Assembly (NCBI GenBank): GCA_947171615.1
Contig: CAMVYG010000001.1
Location: 1 to 63,326, forward strand
DNA: 63,326 nt
Direction: 5' to 3'
From: an uncultured Clostridia bacterium
Lineage (GTDB): Bacteria; Bacillota; Clostridia; Oscillospirales; Acutalibacteraceae
Shown here: piece after piece, positions 54,901-61,900 of the stretch
Numbering within the stretch: position 1 is the stretch's first letter
How the letters are laid out: every line of letters begins with the position of its first letter
Program-made: the position numbers and the translations under genes
The notes under the pieces: generated by a model
Seen by the model: the letters and a program-made list of their open reading frames with translations, nothing else
Database searches by the model: none
Told to the model about the DNA's origin: nothing

Positions 54901-55872
54901 TCCATCCGCCAGGCCTTCCACGGAAATGTGGATGGGATCGTTCTCGTCCCAATTCTTCAAATCGTCAATATGCTTCACATACTGGGGAGCCTGGCTTTCA
55001 TCGGTAGAGGTCCAGGGCTCTGTGCTCTTCTTGACCTGGTAGCCTACATCGATGGTTTTGCCCCGTCCCTTTTCCGTAAGGTACAGGTCAAATTCGGCCT
55101 TGCCTCCGGTAGCGTCGGGAGAGTTCACCAAAACACCGGTGGTCACCTGGCCATCGGGAACATCGTCCTCATATTTGCTGTCATAGCTCTGGGCGTAATC
55201 GCTCTTATAGTCCATGACGGCGCTTTCCTTCTCTACCTCGCCCTGGGCATAGCTGTAGAACTTGAATTCACAGGAATACGAGGTATAAGGCTTTTTGATC
55301 AGATTGCCGGCAGTAGGCTTCTGGGAGCTGTATGCCACAATAGTAAGCATGCCCTCGCCATGGGTATTGCCGCTTTCCTGATTAAAATAAACGCTCAGCT
55401 GCGACATGAGAGAATCGAAAGTACCCTTCGTGATCGCTTCTCTGGAGCGATACTGGAAGGACTGGTTTCCCTTAGGCGCAACGTTGGAATCGGGAGTAGC
55501 GGCCTGCCACTTGCTGCCCGGCTCCGCGGCCAGCACCAGCGGGGTGCTTCCGTCTCTCTTGATCGTATCGGAATACACTTCTATGCTCTGCACCTTCTGC
55601 ATTTCATTGGTGCCCACAAAAATGCCTTCCGACTGGAAATTGATCACGTCTGAAAGGGATGCGGAGATCTGCCCACGGTTAGGTGTGGACTGAGAGCTTC
55701 CCTTTACGGTGATCTTGAAGCTGGCTGATGAGCCGAAGCCCCAATCACCCCAATCCCATGCAAAGGCGGAGGTGCCGCTCACCACAGTGAACAATAGTAC
55801 CAGCGTCAGGATTGAGACAGCCAATCTTCTGCCAAATTTTCCTTTCTTGAAACTAGCTTTCATCTTACTCAT
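42901..55872 (-). CDS. P2: giant secreted mosaic adhesin-like protein (4323 aa) with C-terminal X-module plus dockerin (type II-like)
   Basis: Start moved from 55980 to ATG 55872 (AGGAGG at 55883-55888; signal peptide ending VSGTSAFA). Ig-like DxTAP modules, divergent InlB-B repeats (FTITPDLGYKL), FN3 (GLTPGRWYHLQVVARN), Calx-beta-like (YGFARSNYSYEE...IFIQDDE); dockerin loops DINGDQVVDNSD / DFNEDGTVNALD. Confidence 0.9.
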   Translation of the reverse strand: MSKMKASFKKGKFGRRLAVSILTLVLLFTVVSGTSAFAWDWGDWGFGSSASFKITVKGSSQSTPNRGQISASLSDVINFQSEGIFVGTNEMQKVQSIEVYSDTIKRDGSTPLVLAAEPGSKWQAATPDSNVAPKGNQSFQYRSREAITKGTFDSLMSQLSVYFNQESGNTHGEGMLTIVAYSSQKPTAGNLIKKPYTSYSCEFKFYSYAQGEVEKESAVMDYKSDYAQSYDSKYEDDVPDGQVTTGVLVNSPDATGGKAEFDLYLTEKGRGKTIDVGYQVKKSTEPWTSTDESQAPQYVKHIDDLKNWDENDPIHISVEGLADGETYDIRGIVCTDGREDAPKQTGELSFSYQKPKINSFNIGGITSVYQGGKGLMNLSMLTTFNDTNAVGVGEYQGINGRTYNGPALQADIYFTTNRDFEVTGTDENGKEIYGEDHSIWYMISDYSDIKEMADEEGEIATTYTKDWKNFKIPATLEDIGVEGNTAPINSDRCAFKLVITDLYTGYTAVTYSDPFIIDSAPPSRPEVVAESGGTEIDLSLESEAVVGGTSENGSAQVSINIGDSDDQGGSGIKQYSYSMYYLPTDKVPASLTTTGDVLRLLQTYTPTAPGASDYKEWTALETKLDDAGNPVENMTELVVAKDGYYRVIARAEDKAGFISEEVEGYFRVDLTAPDSPVARLAKREDSTFKAYDNRTYTNSEVWAFAYSKPQTGKALKSFKFSTNGGLTWTDISTVAADKKIVKFDNVTETIPTYKDAGCTQEEGFVYQVGINLTGLGYSDYISLLIKAVDSLGNESMVSNEVHMRTASEVETVATLSHDPIEVAMALGNTNLEPERNIVPLKIRAAKMINEKYYGTSGSTTIGATNFNPYLYTQSHTCTYATDSGTGSCTQGASCPYNRVETAGYSIYKPEWINISGLSSGTGAMKITDWNVYDHDTRTGTNVALNDNGYVHAYTDAHARNNGDNGESQPSSSGGSACMQRRRHIIDMSSRKDWSEILFTGVSENPDSDWLFYHFTQPTKKSILFTMNTAACNFHTYVQSGFWFNTTIRKNKAGTYVVSGYRLMIRQGAGSWGLTDVTGSTQNCGLEIQKFTDMPVTSLHCGGGGNIGSTVATANLTGTGAAIQNFMIDLTGSDVTVYQIEGTLSSSNFTQQYFRGHGRKVPGLTNIPISRPTVDGYTIGDTTNASNPYRDSDCYGFGPAIGYSSHSCDRETRVTFSNVTLYCNVAKTLSEVVTEPSWGEGKARFILNVTNDAQQDFHDPALTSQIQWRLNNDKARYIGWGISQERTTVINFLKRMAGQNATADEIAKYGMYENVSSIGANQGTAQEFTDIATYITQQYYAELGFDASSGAPPIKDQVSPGGGIEKGMSYTLDNVSNLHFTVYPPERAESSANPDFPAGRWYMVHDPKGMGDEVDIRSGKLSDALNTDITLPGRYTYYFAPSEEDIKNNTLDPDNAVFDFVINQKPQAQFAANIVDQGGTKYLQIADVAYDPDCPEGPYIDTDGTKLSGIVKTEWKYQFLMKSGSSLVIPKESGWSTTSPDGMTLKSLTGYDTLPTNSVLTIYQRVTDTATRRVAVKDSNGKVTGYKYVATNGAVSDVCQANATEGVSITYAPQSAMILAPTTMYDTASDPNSPHRTVTIERVSTHPQGNYFTPSWAINLTEMGVDGTDKDTGYTQLTKSGNNYTYKGEVALRCVQAPTPTGNIGNGTTGSEGGKWEVSYDFIKKYGGIDKHIKFQLTEKTWGISAATAAAGKTDKDFIPDQSARSILLAKDVNPPSSQVVTTGTQVPGSDELIDYAASTYLDVTNDDRFVVVSVGGSKDNEGVLKGYGYYFYDVKNGVETAWYRMESDGRLTKVSSAKAATQTLPAIGGRVKIGKSAMRKLPDTPTDSLNIAVFAYDNQTGMSTETTANQTTKTRITDIKLSVSQPMPPEISVTNMMNQNVAYISNENGYKTAIEAGKTDEQTSALEFYSATNVTVQFTPRKAKFIMDSNGDLQLNAGGQEYYQDYYGKADMTGTADIRYTVKYKARKTDKEWWTDDQLLANGMDKMPVDATMSAAQALTYTHDGVYEVTGAVVNGSGNVSETRTVRFTIDKTAPTGLEVSFTNMADGSPYFSGIWTKSVSIEAHGATDTNADTAEYQYSIDGGKTWIKLGDLTQTSASIEFDKSGKYNVKVRAVDKAGNESIYEQNMLVCIDNTPPETNGPTLTATSVMTDVLNEYVISLDYDTKAGAVHSEQNGVVNQLDREVAVPAGGSVIFTFLPEDGHILGSVTYNGEDMTGRLQANEETGIEYLEITNVKKDTVLSVTFPETQLEKASYRTMTRSLAAVQYAVARTASVNEPETDIALTAEAGDEGETGESELELMYNVSVYELDSFGSATVTPNQVIPGEKALITMSPLPFYRVASLQVNKEIIDVSTLTKVPGSNQRTYEITVNGDTNIFVGFEAIETRPLRLDSSDCGTTTIRDEEEQIRNNGDGTYEVPVGAVLNIQMDAEEGYGSESLKIDGTQPEDFQSGASLYQYTVPAFTGEGEDPGIAVEIKYNVLSKAKRKFKVYVGESTEDGQTHGTINACGDEVFIPIGGARTFTITPDLGYKLAHLYLTTTMDGESTTTEVMGTEGFYQMPGELRQYKYTLTDSGSSGELQAIFERQTYAATNSVSRGGDIVFKKANDENLYAPAIPEGTDVLIKVRPKDGYRVKSLSITEIENGQPVNQYSVGAVTSYVLPSIHSNIRVDAVFVEREVDHIETMHVINAVANNVKDADDALAEAPYRFCIADAQEGAANRHASKWSAWSASNTITYTGSYTAEDGTEIVLEPNKQYFVYLQARDRVGNVSKAMVSTVYSYANMPGTLGAEALDEEGNYASKSVALQVNTSGNPEDTEYLVYYSTSSSMANMQIANSDEPGGGWSTLQPDGTFLIKGLTPGRWYHLQVVARNKDGYSTRLNSDDITSILLSPAAPPEDSFWFEEQESPVAPISLGWNAPSGDILGIHLYLDGVYIGQRKLGTNEFTHVRSDFLGDSVGKYSYAYENSAGVGSSRVAISKEYYDVITSTAAEDADKRVKMDTLTNEYEYMFSETMTYPTFHAGSRQIYASAQGSETSGQIEVEMRFDTTYNARYQKYFLVLKAYEKEIGEDGEPVLDEEGDPIYHEVTIDQWDPEFKYHDRGSTKQKAVETKVSQKLGTTAARAIWTNLSTLYEYNIYAEEIRSTGKASSDNLSGSTQGLEFALGKVYIVNRDGYRYEYTSDNTEPKLDTYSSAWKGDELAAYAVNGWDTPVNNGYITFQKSPSIELAAEADRYYDNDGEKIRTDESGKPYILVDNSMDNKNFHVNVAAWDPDGYREESGTIPAVGGSIAKIPGNAPKLTGKMPARQEDAVKRENLYPITFDASGLSTGVYSSMEMWASDSDTRTERTTDDLKLIVNRNLAECKVVGDTHILLENGEYYLKDDLVKTVATAASDGSASTDLTKVALLVMPEEYQAAFGTSNYDELYRILVTEGHADPVAKAKELLGDDAGNSKYVTGGKLTEAGMNLAVARVAPPVVKYVAITEEQYNARIATAPDKLMKEENKETRYWAELDYALDEGICSWLVKDEKDSTQVIPTVDLKPTDAENTYFVKVVAKFGGNESVQTVSFVIRPAPYTKIRSQKAFRWIDTAQKEYEHYQVEDYTIDAIIEKYKHCYDPNDIIFEDPLPDSDKAYTTRVENGKTKYYVYKLYDYEGSVDNSEIAGTIEVNLGVYEQFDEVGVLLVTEPPSDFHPNFVNDESEFPEGYVIAYSESTNRNIPIRKSGDQRFTASQLVPGQTYYLWSFYKRPDDVRRYSEGHVVLTTVGDFELARYGFARSNYSYEEKQYDSEGTLLPFDINKVGSKKASATVRVTPRYYQSDEFGNLILGEDGEPIELTGDALEAAKETFGFDSGKEYETYTFGLTESRKSIRLRLRNTDKTQGHMVVRLEMDIESSDAGYCYVIEGSGYSDIFIQDDESPVTSYVLGVVNEDDNGKPFLKEVSTNGKLLHYEYQLSGLQVGYSQLSHVIFPYENIGTGDLENITVKTYKLNADGSQSDEESREIIAEQPSHTNLKVQLPEQGTVEIRPAANLADGVYEAWVVLTADHVKEPVRIKVRQVVGQSTLRGCIGIRPLENGELSHIDRRSRTGVAKVLLYDAETAKVDNNGDFVSEPDYVTETSEYGGAFEIPNILNAGKYSQGKYYIVVERDGYITYNARKLRPNRNVYSLDLGSESHTYTFDLRLIGGDINGDQVVDNSDMEILVSHYNMSVNLPGFTDQEREIVRLCDFNEDGTVNALDRGFLIGNMNSKARDYPTDVKKYYPIPADDQ

Positions 55873-55907
55873 GAAAACTTTACCTCCTTTTCGTTCCCGC
55901 GCGTTGG

Positions 55908-58900
55908 TTAGGCAATGCCAGCCGCGCGTAGGACATATGCATAAGCCCAGTGTGTCCTCTTGATATCGATAAAGGGACAATAGGCATACTTCTGAATGTT
56001 ATTGTGCTCCAAATCGTTCAGAGCGTTCTTTGTGATCATAACGATCAGCTTGATCGCTTCCGCTCTGGTGATCCGGTTTTCCGGGCGGTAGGTGCCGTCC
56101 TCATAGCCGTCTACCACCTTGGCTTCCAGCAGCGCTTCAATATATTTTTCATACCAGGAGCCGGGCCTTACGTCCTCAAAGGTTCCTGATTTTTCCGATG
56201 TGAGCCCGGCGGCATCCGCCAGAATTCTGGCGGCCTCGCCTCTGGTAATATAGGCATTGGGGCGGAAGGTGCCGTCCTCATAGCCGTCTATAATCTTTTT
56301 CTGCTTCGCATAGGCGATGGCGCCCGAGTACCATTTGCCCTGCGCCACATCCTTGAAGGACTTCCCGTAATTTTTCTGGGAATCGAAGCCTCCTATGGCC
56401 CTTACCACCATGGAAACAAATTCCGCTCTGGTGACCTTATTTTCCGGGCGAATGGTTCTGTCTCCATAGCCTTCCAGGAATTTCGTATTGGTCACGTCCT
56501 TATAAACCGCCACGTAGGTGAGATCGGAGAACACTGCCACCTTGGTGGCGTCCACTACTATTTCACCGTCTGAGGTCCAGCCTACAAAGCCGTAGCCCTG
56601 CACCGTTTTTACACCCGGCGGGTTCAGAGGGGCTTCGCCGGAGCTAATGGAAACCTGGCTTTCACCAACCAGCTTTCCGTACTCCCCGGCGTCAAAGGTA
56701 ACGGTAACGCCTGTGTTGTAGGGCCGGTGCACGCTGATCTGGGAATACTCATAAATTCTGCGGGACGGATCGTTCATAAACCCGGTATCGAGCACCAGGC
56801 ATTCCAGAAGAATTACCTTGTTGGAAATGAAGCTTTCCGGCTGAATGGTAAGGGTGGTGGTCCTATCAGGCGCATCCTCCTTTATCACCAGGAAGTCGTC
56901 GGGCAGCCGTTCGTTGCCCTCTTCGTCCAGCTCTTTGATATAAGGAAGATAATTCCCTTTCTCATCCTTCTCCGGCAGCTTCAGGTTCCACTGTATGGCC
57001 GCATACCCGTCGTAGCGGCCGCCATACTGGTCGTAAACCACAGGATATACATAGTCCTGAATGGGCTCTCTATTGCCGCTGATCACAAAATCTCTGTAAG
57101 TGCGGTTGATCTCCACCTTGTAGGCGCGAGTCTCTTCCTGGGCAATAGGCACGATCAATCTCTTAAAGCCCGCTTCGCCCAACGCCTCATACTTTGCCGT
57201 AAACGCCAGCTTATCAAGACAGTCGCAGGCCGTATAGAGGGTAAGGTTTCCTGTGGGACAGTCAAATTCTGCCAGAAGGGTTTTGGAAAGGATCTCCGGC
57301 GGAGGCGGCTCCTGTTCGCCGTCGTCTTCCAAGCCGTCTTCGGGATCGGTCTCTTCTCCCGAACCGCTCTCCGGGGGCGCTTCCTTGTACACCACCTGAT
57401 AGATTTGATATCCCACGGGGGAATTGCCGTTTTCCGCGCTTTCGCCCCGGCGGTAAACCTCTTCTACCAGAAGATCGTCCCGGCCTTCCAGCACAGAAAG
57501 ATCCATATCCATTTCAATTTCACAGTCCTCTATGGGAGCGCCGTACTGATCGTAGACCACAGGATCGAAAGGATAAACCGTTGTTTTCGCCTCAGCATAG
57601 GGCCGCTTTGCCGCTATGCCCACACCGTTTTCATCAGAACCTGTGATATAAAGATAGGTGGCTTCCGCCTTATCCCGGCGAAGATCCAATGTCAGGGTCT
57701 TTACAAAGTCTTCGTCATCTTCCATATTGGTGGTGGTCAGCCGGAGCGTCACCTTTTGGCTCATCTTTCCGGCAGGCACCGCCCGGTTGGTGATGGCGAA
57801 GGTCACATCCTCTCCCTCGGCAATGCCGTCGCCGTCCGGGTCGCCCGAAGCAAACTCCACGCCTTCGTGGTCTCCCACAAATTCCCATACAGGGTGGTAC
57901 AGATCAGATACCACCTTCATCCACGCGCCGTACTGGTCTACTACCTCGGCTCTCAGGGTAAGCTCCTCTGCGTGGTCTTCGTCCGGCTTATTGGCCAGCT
58001 GTCTGCTGTTCCAATAGGGAATATCAAAAGTATACTGGTTGCTTTCTGCCAGCGCCAGCTCATAAGCATAAGCTGTGCCCTTGCTCAAAACTATCAACAG
58101 AGAGCTTTCGTCCCGAAGGCTTTCGGGCTCACCCTTGGGAGTGGACTGCAAAGTAACCATCATTGCCGTTGTGTTGGATTCTATATACAGAGTTCCCCTG
58201 TTGGTACCGGGAGTCTGGCTGAGCCGAAGTCCGGGAGACATGGTGGCAAGCTTGATATCCGCCGCTTCATTGGGCATTTCTCTGCCATACTGGTCGTATA
58301 CCTTTGCCTCTATGGTAACCGCTCTGGCGGGATCTCCCTTGGGAGGTACCACCGGCTTTACCACGCCGCCTTCGATCACGGACTCGTCGCCCGGGTCAGT
58401 CATAACAGGCACCGCATAGGCGGGCTCGGCGTCATCCAGGCTCAGGTGAACCCTGAGATCTCTGTACACACCGGCGTCATCCGCAACGGAGCCCCGCAGG
58501 GTAAAGCCCAGATCCTGGCCGTTCCGAAGGGCATCCATGGCTTCAGCCGTATAGTAAACACGCACCATACCGGCGTATTCATCGAACATTTCCGCTTTCA
58601 CGCCGCTGCTGGGGTTTTCCACCGTCCAGCGCACCATTTTGGAAATAGGATTTTCAAACTGATCCCGCACGATCCAGACAGCCGTGTAGGTTTCATATCC
58701 CCGGCCCGCCTGAGGAGGAAGGGGAAGGGTCATTTCATATCCGGCGGGAACCGCCTGAACCTTACCGGCGGAATTCTTGATATTGGTAAACTCTACCGAT
58801 CTGGGCGCCAAAGGCTCATCCTGACGAATGCCGAGATAAAGGTCGCTTTTCAGGGAACCGCAGGTGGCCGTGATCTTCACGGAGCCCGGAGAAGCCGTAT

Positions 58901-61900
58901 GATCGATGGTCACGGTTTTCTCCGCGGCGTTCATGGTCACGCCCTTGGGCAGCGTACCGGCGCTCCATTTTACCGGCGCGTCCTTTTCTTCCAGAATCAC
59001 GCCGTACTGATCCCGCACATACACTCTCAGCGGCACGGTTTCTTTTTTCCCGCTTTCGGGGATCTGCACGCCGTCGTTGTAAGGGGCGAAATCTCCGGGG
59101 AAATACAGGGTAGTCGGCACGGAAGGATCTCTTGTGATCTTAATGGTCTTCGTTGCCTGACGGCCGTTTTTGCAGATGACCGTCACCGTCATTTCCTGGG
59201 GAATATTTCTGGCAAGCACAGTGCCGTTAAATTGCAGCGCGCCGCCGGAGGTCAGGGACACCACATTTCTGGCGTTATAAATACCGCCGTTGGAATCAAA
59301 GGGGATATCTCCTGTGATCACCTCTACCTTTCCACCGCCGCCATTGGGGTCGTCTATCTCCTTCACCCGGTATAGGGTGGCGTCGGGGAATTTGACCGCG
59401 TCAAGGCGCCATGTTAATTCATTCTGCTCAAACACCTGGTCCTCGCCATACTGCGTCGTACCGGAGGCGGTCAAATACCGCATACCGGAACCGGAGGAGG
59501 GATCTGAAAGGAAGGGGATCTCGGTTTCTTTGATTTCAACAAAATCGGGATAGGCAGTCTGCCTGCGCACCTGCACGGTAACATTCAGAGAACGGCTGCT
59601 GCCGTTCTGCGCCATAACGCTGGTGATGAACACATCGCAGTTAGGCGCGCATTTTTTCACGGTCAGTTCGCCTGTCTGTGAATCCACGCTGATGTAATCC
59701 TTGGCGGAAGCGGGGGTAACAGTGTATCTCCATGTGGATTTGCAATCCAGGATCCGTTCATCATACTGGTCGTAAACCTCCACAGAAGGGGCATACACAG
59801 CGTCCGTTCCGCTTTTGATGGGAGGAAGAATGCTGTTGGTGGTGTTATAGACCAGATTCCGCATGATAGTGGGCTTGCTGGGCTCCCGCTTGATCTCTAC
59901 CGTTACCGATTTGGAACGGCAGGCGGCAAATTTCGCATAAATCTTAAAGGAAGAGGTTCTCGCCGTGCTGTCCACCGTAATATAGGGGTTATTGCCTGTT
60001 GTCAGGGTAACGCCCGGGGGCAGCTCGCCTTCCACGAAAACGCTCCAGGGTTCGATCTCGTTCCCTTCCGGGTTCAGGGGACTTCCGGGCTTGTAGGCAT
60101 CCATCACAGCGTTCCAATCCCACTGGCTGCCATACTGGTCCACCGCAATAACGGTCAGGCGGTTATCCTGCTTGCCCTCTTCCTTCAGGGGAACCATAAA
60201 GGTATACCCTGTCTGGTGATCCGGGGGAACCACAAGGATCTGCTGAAGGATTCGGGGCTGTCTGGTAAATTCGAACTGATATTCCACAAACCGGGACCAA
60301 CCCTGATAGGTGGCGGTGATCCGCAGGTTGAAGCGGGAGCCATCCTTTGTGTAGCTGTTGTAGGTGAATTTTCCCTGGTTAATATCCGCCACAGAAATAC
60401 CCTGAGGCAATTCATCGTCCGGATAAGAGACTTCATAGGAAATGGTGTAGCCCTTAGCCCGGGCTTTTGCCAAATCGATGGCCGTGCCGGAGGTGTTTCT
60501 GATCCCTGAAGCCAGATCATATTCCGCAAGCTCCTTGGTGCTCAGATCGTCTTCCGGATTTCTCCACTGGTTGGCAAGCTCAGCGATCAGAATATTTTCC
60601 GTGTTGGTGACCACCTTATAATCATCAAAGGTACAGGGGGGCACCTCGTACACCACCTGATAAACAGTACCCTTTACTCCATCCTCCTCTACCTCTTTCT
60701 GATCCACCATGGTGTGGGGATTGGTCGGGTAGGTTTTCATCAGGGTCAGTTTATCCTTGGGCTTACTGACAAATACGGGAATCTCCTGAACCACATTGGC
60801 GCCCAGAGGCTCTGAATAGGTCGCCCGGAGAATATGCTCTCCTTCCACCACATCATTTACGCCTCTGTATCCCCTATATATAATAGTATACGAATTTTCG
60901 CTTTTCTGATTTATTTCAAAGGGACAGGTTTTTCCAGCCGCATCATAGAGTTTCTTCGTTTTTTCTGTAGGAACCAGCTCCAGATTCGCCCATTTATCAT
61001 GATAGACGGCACGGTACTGGTCGAGAAGCCGGGCATGGATCTCAATCCCCGTGGAAACAGCGTCTTCGGGGGTTTCCTCGCCGGAGCCGTCCAGCGCGGT
61101 ATTTCCTACCCAGAAGCCCTCTACAGGCTGTCCGTCGGAATTGGTGATATTTTCCACCACGCCCTCTGTATCCACAGAAATCGAAGTGGGGATCGGATCT
61201 GCCTTATACAAGGCCAGAAGCGTATCATCGCTGTAAATGGGAGTTCCCTCCGGATCGTAAATGACCCGAAGCGAGATTTTGGTTTTTTGCCCTCCCGTAA
61301 TGCTGTCCGCCCCATTGGTATACCAAAGATAGTTATCCAGGTCGGCGGCGTCATGGGTAATATGGAACTGGGGAGCGGGAATGTCGCTGCGGACAATTTC
61401 CTTTGTGCCGCCTGCCTGGAAGTGATCCCAGTATGTGATCTCCGTGGGGATCATATCCAGCACAACGCCCACCGGCGTTCTCATCATGTATTCGTCCAGG
61501 CTGGGATCTTCAGGAACCCTCGCCTTGTAGACGGTCCACAGCTTTTTGCCCTTGAGGTGCGCTTCTTCAGACCGGTTCCCCGTAAAGGTCGCTTCCTTTA
61601 CACGGTAATACTCATTATTGTAAGTGGGGATCAGCCTGCCCTCGCCGCTTTCCTCCGTGATCTCACAATCCTCCAGGGAAAGCCCTTCCTCTGCCAAAAA
61701 TTCCCATTTCAGGCCGGTAAAGTACTCTTCAAAGCCATCGTGCTCGGGAGAAGAGATAGAGGTATCAGAGGTGCTGGTCATGATAAAGTATTTCAGCGGC
61801 GGGCGCTTGCCGTTGCCCTGGTAGCTTTCCGGGATCCAGTTTTCGTCCTCGTCGTTCTGCTGGGACAGCTCATAATCGGGAATGCTGTACCGGGGATACC

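Noticed and set aside
13253-55872. RTX/T1SS adhesin, contact-dependent toxin, NRPS/PKS or sortase-anchored pilus
   Set aside because: No GGxGxD repeats, RHS/YD cores, synthetase motifs or C-terminal LPxTG-TM tails; the proteins have Sec signal peptides and dockerin ends.
55873-55980. Apparent overlap of P1 and P2, and N-terminal extensions of P1, P3, P4 and rlmD in the ORF track
   Set aside because: RBS positions and signal peptides indicate downstream starts (63146, 55872, 42682, 13023, 1522), which removes the overlap.
57290-57390. Acidic Pro-rich insert in P1 (PPESGSGEETDPEDGLEDDGEQEPPPP)
   Set aside because: Most likely a low-complexity loop; no evidence for a separate function.
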